Assembly: GCA_044226625.1 (NCBI GenBank)
Contig: JBGAGQ010000080.1
Coordinates: 1 to 26,093 of the forward strand
Direction: 5' to 3'
DNA: 26,093 nt
Source of the DNA: Thermoanaerobaculia bacterium
GTDB lineage: Bacteria; Acidobacteriota; Thermoanaerobaculia; Multivoradales; UBA5704
The notes below the pieces were generated by a model. It saw only the letters and a program-made list of their open reading frames with translations, did no database searches and was not told the DNA's origin. Shown here one piece after another: positions 8,152-15,910 of the stretch. Position numbers and translations under genes: made by a program. Every line of letters starts with the position of its first letter. The stretch's first letter is position 1.

Positions 8152-8895
8152 CTAAGCCGCGGGTTCCGGCACGATCAGGATCCGCTTGCAGGCGTCGCAT
8201 TGGACGAGCGTGCCCTGCGTGCGGATCTCCACCACCACCTGCGGCCGGACCCTGAAGTTACAGGCGCTGCAGTGCCATTCGAACTGGCTGCTGCCGATCC
8301 GCTCGAACTTCAGCACCTCGGTGATGCCGGAGCCGGCGTAGCGCTCCCGGATGCGCTCGAAGAGCGCGAGAACGCCCTTGGGCAGCTGGCCGCGCAGCTC
8401 GTCGATGCGCTTGCGGATCTCGCCCGCCTCGCGAGCGACTCCGGGCTTTTCGCCTTCCCACTTGGCGGCCTCGGCGGCGTACTGCTGGTCGATGTCTTGG
8501 AAGCTCTCGCGCAGCTCGGCGAGCGTCTTGCCCGTCGTCTCGATCTTCTCGATCGCGGCGAGGCTTTGCTCTTCCAGACCGGTGATCTCGCGCTTGACGG
8601 TGTCGATCTCCTGGAGGAGCGCGCCGTATTCGCGTTGGTTGGTGACCCGGTTGATCTGCTGCTGGTAGCGCTTGAGCTTCTCTTGCGCTTCCTTGAGGGC
8701 CTCTTCGGCTGCCGTTCGCTCTCGGCCGGCTTCTTCGGCGGCGGTTTCGGAGGCGAGAATTTCGGCGGAGCGCACGCCATGCTGCTCGTGCAGCTCGCGC
8801 ATCCATTCGGGGACTTCGTTGATTCTACGTTCGGCGTCCTGAAGCTGATCCAGGGCGCGCTGGAGCTCGACGATGGTCGTCAGTTGGGGCGTCAT
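8152..8895 (-). CDS. Coiled-coil protein with C-terminal C4 zinc ribbon (CT398/HP0958, DUF164-like)
   Basis: LQRALD N-terminus, long coiled coil with NQREYGALLQEI, then CSAC...CDACKRIL. Confidence 0.9.
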   Translation of the reverse strand: MTPQLTTIVELQRALDQLQDAERRINEVPEWMRELHEQHGVRSAEILASETAAEEAGRERTAAEEALKEAQEKLKRYQQQINRVTNQREYGALLQEIDTVKREITGLEEQSLAAIEKIETTGKTLAELRESFQDIDQQYAAEAAKWEGEKPGVAREAGEIRKRIDELRGQLPKGVLALFERIRERYAGSGITEVLKFERIGSSQFEWHCSACNFRVRPQVVVEIRTQGTLVQCDACKRILIVPEPAA

Positions 8896-8954
8896 GGGGG
8901 GCGGGTGTCGCTCTCTCCTAATCCTGCTCCAATTGGGCCCCGCGGCTCGCGATG

Positions 8955-9027
8955 TGGGTCCACCTGGATTTGAACCAGGGACCTGCCGGTTATGAGCCGG
9001 TTGCTCTCACCGCTGAGCTATGGACCC
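8955..9027 (-). tRNA. tRNA with CAT anticodon, most likely tRNA-Ile2 (lysidine-modified); CCA not encoded
   Basis: GGGTCCA TAGCTCAGCGGTGAGAGCA ACCGG CTCATAA CCGGC AGGTC CCTGG TTCAAAT CCAGG TGGACCC A. Paired G1-C72, so not an initiator. D-arm and anticodon arm resemble known Ile2 tRNAs; elongator Met is not excluded. Confidence 0.9.
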
Positions 9028-9053
9028 GGGAGACCCCGGCGGGGCAGAGGGCG

Positions 9054-9062
9054 AGTATAGCA
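9054..9062 (-). promoter_or_regulatory. Extended -10 promoter (TGCTATACT) for tRNA-Ile2
   Basis: Near-consensus TGn-TATACT about 26 nt upstream of the tRNA, followed by a GC-rich discriminator. Confidence 0.65.
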
Positions 9063-9087
9063 CCGGGTCCCGATCGCCGCTCGTCCG

Positions 9088-10467
9088 CTAGAGCGGCTCC
9101 GCGATTCGGCGCTCCCTCGCCTCGTCGGCGGGCGACCGCTCCTCCGGTACGAAGCGCCTCCACGCCCGCTCGAGCTCGGCGGCGAGAGCCTGCCGTTTTA
9201 CCGCGTCGGGCAACGGGCGGCTCCCTCCGGGTCCCCAGCGGAGGAGGTCGAGGAGCGGCGGTCCGTTCGGGCCGTGGAGCGGCAGGGCCGCCGCGAAAGC
9301 CGCGGCGCGGGCGCCGTCGGTTTCGTTGGGCGCGGCGAAGCGGGTTCGCCAGAGCAGCTGGTCCGCGCCGAGCAGGAGCGAGAAGTGATTCGCGCCGTCG
9401 GGGGCGCAATAGAGATCCGAGAGGATCGCGGCCGGCGCGGGGCGGAAGAGGCTCGGCGCCGTCGCCGGAGGGAGCGCGAGCCCGGCCGTCTCGGCGATCG
9501 TCGCCCAGAGCCGGGCCAGTGCCACGGGGCGTTTGGCGGGCACCGCGATCGGGCGCGCCGCGCCGGCCGGGAGCGCCACGGCGAGCGGCACCTCGAGGAT
9601 CTGTCGGCCGAGGCCCCCGTCTCGGCCGCCGAGGCGTCCGGGACCGAAGTCCTCGCCTTGGATCGACGCGACGACGACCAGCGTCCGGTCGCGCTTGCCG
9701 CTCGCTTCGAGCGCGTCGAGCAGCCGGCCGAGCCGTTCGTCGGCCCACGCGACGTTCGAGCGGTACATGGCGCCGAGCTTCCGCTGCACCTCCGGGTCGG
9801 CGGCCTCGCGATCGAGAAGCTGCTCGACCTGCGCGCCGGTCAACCGCCGCGGCAGGTGCGGCGGCACGTCGCGGAGCCGGGCGAGCAGCCAGTCGCGCCG
9901 CACGAACGGCGGGCGCGGCTCGGCGAGATGGATCCAGACCAGCTCGCGGCCGCCGGACAGGCGCGACAGCCGGTCCATCGCCGCGTGCCCCTTGCCGAAG
10001 TCACCGAACTCTTCGAAACCTCGAGCGAGGCCGAGCTTGACCTCTCGAGCCGAGCCGAAGCCGTAGGTTCGGTATCCCGCACCGTGAAGCGCCTCGGCGA
10101 GCGTCAGCACGCCCGCCGGCAGCTCGCGCATTCCGGGAGCGAGGAGTTGGTGCTGCCAGGAGGAGAGGCCGGTGAGCAGGCCCGCCATCGAGGTTTCGGC
10201 CCAGCCGGAGCCGGCGATCCCCCGGCCGATCCAGGCATGCTCGGCGAGCGCGTCGAAACGCGGGGTGAGCCCGGGCTCCCCGCCTCCGAGCGCCGAGACC
10301 GCGTCGTCGCGCAGCCCCTCGAACGTGATCAAGACGATCGGACCGGTGTGCGCCCCGGCTCGTTTCGGCTTCGCGTCCGCGCAAGCGGCGAGAAGGAGAA
10401 TCGAAACCAGGGCGCCGACTGCGAGCAGAGTCCTCGCCGCCGGACCCGAGACGCGTCGGCCGGGCAT
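9088..10467 (-). CDS. Sulfatase/alkaline-phosphatase-superfamily lipoprotein with degenerate active site
   Basis: LLLAAC lipobox. PIVLITFEGLRDD, TPRFDALA, GLLTG, TLAEALHGAGYRTYGF and Y...V...DERLGRLLDAL...TLVVV match the sulfatase scaffold. Confidence 0.82.
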   Translation of the reverse strand: MPGRRVSGPAARTLLAVGALVSILLLAACADAKPKRAGAHTGPIVLITFEGLRDDAVSALGGGEPGLTPRFDALAEHAWIGRGIAGSGWAETSMAGLLTGLSSWQHQLLAPGMRELPAGVLTLAEALHGAGYRTYGFGSAREVKLGLARGFEEFGDFGKGHAAMDRLSRLSGGRELVWIHLAEPRPPFVRRDWLLARLRDVPPHLPRRLTGAQVEQLLDREAADPEVQRKLGAMYRSNVAWADERLGRLLDALEASGKRDRTLVVVASIQGEDFGPGRLGGRDGGLGRQILEVPLAVALPAGAARPIAVPAKRPVALARLWATIAETAGLALPPATAPSLFRPAPAAILSDLYCAPDGANHFSLLLGADQLLWRTRFAAPNETDGARAAAFAAALPLHGPNGPPLLDLLRWGPGGSRPLPDAVKRQALAAELERAWRRFVPEERSPADEARERRIAEPL

Positions 10468-10480
10468 CGGAACGCCGAGG

Positions 10481-12691
10481 TCAGCCCGCGTTCGCGCCCG
10501 AGCCTGGGTAGAGACGCCGATAGCTGTCGGAGAGGATCAGGATCCGCTTGACGTAGATCTTCGGCTCGGAGAGCGCGAGCCCCTCGACGAAGGCGTCGGT
10601 CTCCTGCGTCGGGGCGTTCTGCCAGAGGCGCCGGATGCGGTTCGGGCCCGCGTTGTAGCCGGCCAGCGCGAGCTCGACGTTGCCGCCGAAGGTGTCGAGC
10701 ATCTGGCGGAAGTAGGCCGTCCCGAGGCGGACGTTGAGCTCCGGCTCGTCGAGCCCCGCGGTCGAGAACGGAATCCCGAACCGGCGCGAGATCTCGCGCG
10801 CGGTGGCGGGCATCAGCTGCATCAGTCGGATCATGCCGTAGACGAGATCGACCGGCAGGCGATGCGTCTGTGCCCAGGTCGCGATCGGCTCCTCGAAGGC
10901 CACGGGATAGTAGAGCTGCTGCGCCTCGACCGGGACGGAGGCCTGGAACGGCCCTCCGAGCGCGGGGAACGCCTCGCGGATCGCCAGCACGCTCTTCCGC
11001 CGGTCCCCCTGCCGGGCGAGGATCACCGCGCGCAACGCCGCGGCCGGCCGCTTGGCCGCGCGCTCGCTCACCAGCTCCATCTCGGTCGCGGCGAGATCGT
11101 CGAGCCCGTAGTCGGACAGGAGCCGCGCGCGCGACAGCGTCGGGTCGGTCGGCCAGAGGGCGGGGACCTCTTCGGGCTTCGCGGTCGCCTCGCCGCCCGC
11201 GCTCTTCGGGCCGAGGCGGGCGAGCGCGTTCTTGCGGTAGAAGTCGGACGTGTCGGCGCTCGCCACCTCGCGGTAGATCTGGAGGCTGCGCTCGGTCTCT
11301 CCCAGCCGCTCGAAGGAGCGGGCGGTCCAGTAGCGCGCCGACCGGGAGGCGGTATCGGTCGGGTAGATGGTGACCAGCTCGGTCCACCAGCCGATCGCGC
11401 CGGTGTAGTTCGCGCGGCCGTACTCCAGCCAGCCGCGTCCCCAGAGGTAGGTGGCGCCGGTCGAGTCGGACGGATCGAGGCGGCGGAGCTCGCGCAAGGA
11501 GGAGAGCGCTTTGTCGGTCTCCTCCTCCCCGGAGAAGCGGACGAACAGGTTCTTGAGCGCGAGCTGGGACAGCGCCCGGTCGCTGCCGAGCTGGACCACG
11601 CGGAGGAGGTGCCGGCGGGCCCGGTCGCGCAGCTCCGCCCGCTCGGTCGCGTTCGGGCCGGAACGCCCGCGACGCACGGTGGCCGCCTCGTCGGCGGCCT
11701 GGGCGCGCGCCCATTCGAGCGCCGCCTCCTCGGCGGGCGTTCGCCCGGTCAGCGGCGAGAGCTCGGCGTACGCCTCGGCGCCGCGCTGCGCGCGCGTCGC
11801 CGCTTCGGCGTCGAGCAGATTCCAGGCGAGATCCCTCTGGGCGAACGGAACGGCGGAGAGGGCGGTGGCGGCGCCGTCGAGCAACCCGAGGCCGAGCAGG
11901 GCGCGCGCCCGCCGTTCGAGCTCCTCGCCAGTGAACAGGCCCGGCCAATCGATCCGACCGTCGGGGGAGCGGAAGCTCTCGATCACCGAGAGCTCCGAGG
12001 CGCGAAGCGGGAAGTCGACGAGCAGCCGCCGCGCCGCTCGCGCCCGCTCCACCGGGTCACCGGCCTCGGTCGCGACCTGCCAGGCGAGCGCCTCCAGGTC
12101 GGCGAGCGTCTTGCCGGCGGCCTTCGAGGTGGAATCGATCCGGCGTCCCTGCTCGGCGAACCCCAGGGCGGCTTTCGCGTCCCCGCGATCGCGCGCCAGC
12201 TCCGCCGCGGTCAACAGGGCGCGCGGCCGAAGGGGCGAGGCGGGGTAGTCGCCGATCAGTCGGGCGAGCGCGGTATCCGCCGCGGAGGGGTGGCCGGCCG
12301 TACGCGCGGCTTCCGCGAGCTTCCATAGGCGCCAATCTTCGAGCAGACCGCCGGGCGTCGAGGCGGCGCGGAGGCGCGTCTCGGCGAGGTCGGGTCGGCC
12401 GCACGATCCGGCGTAGAACCCGCCGGCGATCCGGGCGAGCGCGGCATCCTGACCGACGGCGCTCGCGGCCAGCGCATCGACCGCGGCGAGCGCTCCGGTG
12501 CAGTTGCGGTTGCGCAGGAGATCGGCCGCCTGCGCCCAGGCGGGAGGGCGCGCGACGGAGGCGCCGGAATCGGCCAGACGCCATGCCGCGCCGAGCAGAA
12601 GGGGGAGAACCAGGAACAAGAGGCCCCCGAGGGCCAATCGCGAGCGGCGGACGTCGGCGGTTGGTCTCAAGGTCCTTCGCTCCTTTCTCAA
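10481..12691 (-). CDS. TPR-repeat soluble lytic transglycosylase (Slt70-like) lacking the catalytic Glu segment
   Basis: N-terminal TM/signal segment, Ala-rich TPR-like repeats, and C-terminal LMQLMPATA, LNVRLGTAYF, LAGYNAGP and YVKRIL. The TTG start is uncertain. Confidence 0.85.
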   Translation of the reverse strand: MRKERRTLRPTADVRRSRLALGGLLFLVLPLLLGAAWRLADSGASVARPPAWAQAADLLRNRNCTGALAAVDALAASAVGQDAALARIAGGFYAGSCGRPDLAETRLRAASTPGGLLEDWRLWKLAEAARTAGHPSAADTALARLIGDYPASPLRPRALLTAAELARDRGDAKAALGFAEQGRRIDSTSKAAGKTLADLEALAWQVATEAGDPVERARAARRLLVDFPLRASELSVIESFRSPDGRIDWPGLFTGEELERRARALLGLGLLDGAATALSAVPFAQRDLAWNLLDAEAATRAQRGAEAYAELSPLTGRTPAEEAALEWARAQAADEAATVRRGRSGPNATERAELRDRARRHLLRVVQLGSDRALSQLALKNLFVRFSGEEETDKALSSLRELRRLDPSDSTGATYLWGRGWLEYGRANYTGAIGWWTELVTIYPTDTASRSARYWTARSFERLGETERSLQIYREVASADTSDFYRKNALARLGPKSAGGEATAKPEEVPALWPTDPTLSRARLLSDYGLDDLAATEMELVSERAAKRPAAALRAVILARQGDRRKSVLAIREAFPALGGPFQASVPVEAQQLYYPVAFEEPIATWAQTHRLPVDLVYGMIRLMQLMPATAREISRRFGIPFSTAGLDEPELNVRLGTAYFRQMLDTFGGNVELALAGYNAGPNRIRRLWQNAPTQETDAFVEGLALSEPKIYVKRILILSDSYRRLYPGSGANAG

Positions 12692-12816
12692 CGCGGCCGC
12701 GCCGTCGCGTCCGGCCGGGCCGCGGGTGGGGGCGGGTGCCGTCCCCCCAAATCGTCGAGCGTTGGCGTCCGACCGGGCTCGACCGGTTCGGTCGACGATC
12801 GATCGCCGCGGAGGCG

Positions 12817-14619
12817 TCAGATGCCCAGGGCGCGCGAATCGCCGGCCGCGAGGATGCGTACCAGCTCTTGATAGAAATAATCCGTCGACTCGACCACTTT
12901 CGGATCGACCCGGTCCTCGTACATCTGGCGCGAGCGGTCGATGTCTTCCTTCAGACGCTCGTAAACGTCGCGGTTCCGGCGACCTTCCTCGACCTGCTCT
13001 TCGTTGTACAGCTTGATCTCGCTCACCAGCAGCCGAGCGAGGCGGCGCGCTTCTTCATGAACCGGCTCGTCGTCGAGGGACACCGCGGGCATCCTCCCGG
13101 TCGAGAAGGCCCAGCCGGGTCCTTGGACCCCGCTGGGCGGTCGGACCTCGGCCGTGCGCCCCGCGTCGCCGGACACCGCGCGCAGCGGCTCGGTCGGTCC
13201 CGCGTCGAGCGGAGCCCCGGGCAGAGCCGGTTCCGCGGGCAGGTCGGACGGCAGATCGGCGAACGGAGACGTCGCGGGAGCGGCGGCCGGCGGGGCCGCC
13301 GGCGCGGTCGGCAGCGTGCGAAGCAGGACCGTCTCGTGGCCGCTGGCCTCGTCTGCCGGAAGCTCGGGCGACGGGGCTTCGGCCGCCGCGGGCTGGTCCA
13401 GATAGGGGCTGGGCGCCGTCCACGGGGAGGGCTCCGGCTCGGGAAGCGGGATCGAGTCCAGGTCGAGCGGCGGCAGGACCGGCTCGTGCTCGATGAAGAG
13501 CGCGCCGGTGCCGAGCGCCTCGACCCCGACCGCCTCGACCTCCGCCTCGTCGGCGGGCGCATCCGCATGGGGATGCCCAAGGATCGCCGCGGTCTCGTCG
13601 AGGTCGATCGTCGCGCGCGCGGCCTCGACTTCCTCCGCCGGCTCGGCAACAGGCTCGATGGTCGGTGCCGAGAGGGCCTGGGTCGCCGCCGGCTCGGGTT
13701 CGGGTTCGGGCTCCGGTTCGGGCTCGATCGGTGCCGGCGGCGGGGCGATCGGTAGGGCGACCGTGGGCGCGGCGACCGGCTCCGCCGCTCGGACGGCCGC
13801 TTCCCTCTCGGACCGCTGGAGCGTCGCGGTCTGGGCGCGCTCGCGGAACGGCAGGGTTTCGATCGATAGCGCCACCAGATGCGCGAGAGTTTGAAGCGCT
13901 CCGGTCTCGAGCGCGCGCCCGTCGAGCGCATCGGCGTAGACCGCCGCGGTCACCCGGTCGCGCAGCACGAGAGGAATCAAGATGCCCTCGCGAGCCGCGT
14001 CGGCGCCCAGGTCCCCCAGGAGGGCCGCGCAGTCGTCGGAGGTCAAGGCGATCGCTCCGTTTCCGTCGATCATCCCGGCGGCGAGCGCATGGTGGCGCGG
14101 CACGCTCAGCTGTCGGACTTTCGCGGCGTCGAAGCCTTGGCCGCCCCATCCGGCGAGTCCATCCGGCCGAACCAGAAGAACCGCCGCTCGGGAAGCGAAC
14201 CGCAGGCTCTCCGAGAGCAGGGCGTCGAGGATCTCGCCTTGGCTGCGGGCGCGGTCGATCGCCGTGGCCGCGGCGTGGAGGTCGCTCTGCGCGGCGGCCC
14301 GGCCTTCCCCTCGTCCCGCCACGTGGCCTTCCGCGTGTCCTCGGGCGTGGCCTTCTTCGCGGCCGCGAGCGGCGATGGCTTCCTGGTCGACCGGTTCGGG
14401 GAGGGCTACCGGTTCCGGCGCGGGCACCGCGTTGGCGATCTCAGTGACCGGCACGTAGGCGCCGGGCAGGTCGGGGCGCAGCTCGCGCACCTGTCGCAGC
14501 GTCTCTTCGTGACCCGCCTGCAACCGCCCTTCGATCTCGGCGCGCAGCTTGGCGAGGCCCGCCTCGACCGCATCCGCGATCTCCCGATCCAGCTTCTCGA
14601 GTCGTTCAACGAAAGACAT
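12817..14619 (-). CDS. Hypothetical protein: coiled coil, GxxxG repeats, GAF-like domain, Pro/Glu/Ala linker and conserved-looking helical C-terminal domain
   Basis: 600-aa ORF with host-like codon usage. IDRARSQGEILDALL...RAAVLLV...LIPLVLRDRVTAAVYAD is GAF-like; the C-terminus is HEEARRLARLLVSEIKLYNEEQVEEGR. ATG 14619 is preferred because 14709 overlaps a promoter motif. Confidence 0.8.
   Translation of the reverse strand: MSFVERLEKLDREIADAVEAGLAKLRAEIEGRLQAGHEETLRQVRELRPDLPGAYVPVTEIANAVPAPEPVALPEPVDQEAIAARGREEGHARGHAEGHVAGRGEGRAAAQSDLHAAATAIDRARSQGEILDALLSESLRFASRAAVLLVRPDGLAGWGGQGFDAAKVRQLSVPRHHALAAGMIDGNGAIALTSDDCAALLGDLGADAAREGILIPLVLRDRVTAAVYADALDGRALETGALQTLAHLVALSIETLPFRERAQTATLQRSEREAAVRAAEPVAAPTVALPIAPPPAPIEPEPEPEPEPEPAATQALSAPTIEPVAEPAEEVEAARATIDLDETAAILGHPHADAPADEAEVEAVGVEALGTGALFIEHEPVLPPLDLDSIPLPEPEPSPWTAPSPYLDQPAAAEAPSPELPADEASGHETVLLRTLPTAPAAPPAAAPATSPFADLPSDLPAEPALPGAPLDAGPTEPLRAVSGDAGRTAEVRPPSGVQGPGWAFSTGRMPAVSLDDEPVHEEARRLARLLVSEIKLYNEEQVEEGRRNRDVYERLKEDIDRSRQMYEDRVDPKVVESTDYFYQELVRILAAGDSRALGI
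13691..13726. repeat. Degenerate hexamer tandem repeat encoding (Glu-Pro)n
   Basis: GGCTCG GGTTCG GGTTCG GGCTCC GGTTCG GGCTCG, inside the linker of the 12817-14619 CDS. Confidence 0.7.
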
Positions 14620-14699
14620 GCGATTGGAGCCCCCGAAATCGGTCGAAGAGTGATTATGGAAATCGGCTCCTGTGGTGTCAAGCCGAAAGAAGCGCGGAA

Positions 14700-14778
14700 A
14701 CTCTAGCATTCATGAGACTTTTTGCGCCCGGGCGGTTCGCCCGTCGCCTTGCCGCTCGCTTTGGCGCCGTGCTACCTT
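14700..14778. promoter_or_regulatory. Divergent pair of extended -10 promoters
   Basis: TGCTAGAGT on minus (14700-14708) and TGCTACCTT on plus (14770-14778), each upstream of its divergent CDS. Confidence 0.5.
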
Positions 14779-14820
14779 GCCGGCACTCGGGCGTACCGCC
14801 CGCACGGTCCTCCACCCCCC

Positions 14821-15642
14821 ATGGCGATTTCCGACCCCCGCCTTTCGACCTCGAGCCCCTCCCGGGTCTCGGTTGCGGCGCTCTGGGCCCTGCTGTTCGG
14901 CGGCTGGGCGGCGGCATCCTGCGCGCCGGGAGAGCCAGCTCCCGACACCTCCGTCCTGGTCTCCGAGTCGGACTGGCACCGGCTTGAAAAGGAACGGCGA
15001 GAGCTGCTCGACCGACGCAACCAGGTTTCGGCGACCGTCGACGAGGGGCGGGAGGACGCGGCGGGGGCCGAGCCGAAGCGCGACCTCGAGCGGCGGGCCG
15101 ACGAATTCTCCCGCCACTTGGTGGCTTTTCTGAACGCGGATCCCCCGCGGGAAAATGAGCCCCTCACCGCGCGTCAGGCCCAGGCGATCCGGTGGAAGAG
15201 CGAAGAGGACATCCTCCTCGCGCGCGACTATGTTCAGCGAGCAGGCGATTTTCGCCGCGCGATCGACATCCTCGAGGCGGCGCTCGCTCTCGATCCGGGA
15301 TACGAGGCGTTGCGAGAAGAGCTCGTGCTCGTGCGCGCCGCCCGGTTCGTGACCGCAGAACGTTTCAACCAGGTCAAACCCGGCATGGGGCCGGACGACG
15401 TTCGCGGTCTCCTCGGCGCGCCGAACCCCCACAACGTCCGCGAATACTTGGAACATGGCCCCGGCCGGGGAGTGATCGGCTGGTTCTATCCAAAGGACGA
15501 CCACGGCTCGGCCGCCGGAGTCTGGTTCAGCCGAGAAACCGGTTCCCCCAAGGTCTATCGGGTCGACTTCGCCGCGATCCAACCCGACGGGGAGCCGCGC
15601 CCCGCCGCTCCCCTCGCCACCCCGGAAGCGCCGCCGTCGTAG
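14821..15642 (+). CDS. Putative lipoprotein with TPR-like helices and C-terminal SmpA/OmlA(BamE)-like domain
   Basis: Hydrophobic signal ending WAAASC; GDFRRAIDILEAALALDP (TPR); FNQVKPGMGPDDVRGLLGAPN...WFY (SmpA/OmlA-like signature). Confidence 0.78.
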   Translation: MAISDPRLSTSSPSRVSVAALWALLFGGWAAASCAPGEPAPDTSVLVSESDWHRLEKERRELLDRRNQVSATVDEGREDAAGAEPKRDLERRADEFSRHLVAFLNADPPRENEPLTARQAQAIRWKSEEDILLARDYVQRAGDFRRAIDILEAALALDPGYEALREELVLVRAARFVTAERFNQVKPGMGPDDVRGLLGAPNPHNVREYLEHGPGRGVIGWFYPKDDHGSAAGVWFSRETGSPKVYRVDFAAIQPDGEPRPAAPLATPEAPPS

Positions 15643-15730
15643 ACGGGCTGTCTAGGCTCTTTACCCCGCGGAGGCCTAAGCCAACCCGACCGGGTCGACT
15701 CCTGCCGCAAAGCGATCAGGTCGGGAATCT

Positions 15731-15759
15731 TTGACACCGGTCACCGGTTATGAGACACT
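15731..15759 (+). promoter_or_regulatory. Sigma70-type promoter of tRNA-fMet
   Basis: Perfect TTGACA (15731-15736), 17-nt spacer ending TGA, then GACACT (15754-15759), followed by a GC-rich discriminator. Confidence 0.7.
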
Positions 15760-15786
15760 GCCGCTCCCCTGGAGACAGGGGCACTA

Positions 15787-15865
<79 letters not shown>

Positions 15866-15873
15866 GAAATTCT

Positions 15874-15910
15874 CGAGGCAGGCCGAAAGGCCTGCCTCGT
15901 TCTGTTTTGT
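15874..15910 (+). terminator. Rho-independent terminator after tRNA-fMet
   Basis: 11-bp stem CGAGGCAGGCC-GAAA-GGCCTGCCTCG followed by TTCTGTTTTGT. Confidence 0.88.

Noticed and set aside
8955-9027. Functional link between the CCA-less tRNA-Ile2 and the nearby AbiEii-like nucleotidyltransferase
   Set aside because: tRNA genes without encoded CCA are common and are matured by the CCA-adding enzyme; proximity (about 2.5 kb) is the only support.
557-14458. Many long plus-strand and alternative-frame ORFs (e.g. 557-1753, 2790-3767, 4923-5933, 9274-10551, 10172-12328, 12583-13755)
   Set aside because: Antisense or off-frame shadows of well-supported minus-strand genes. They have no family motifs and are expected at about 70% GC, where stop codons are rare.
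15874-15899. Similarity of the tRNA terminator core (GGCCGAAAGGCC) to the REP-like hairpins
   Set aside because: A GC stem with a GAAA tetraloop is generic, and the flanks do not match the repeat.
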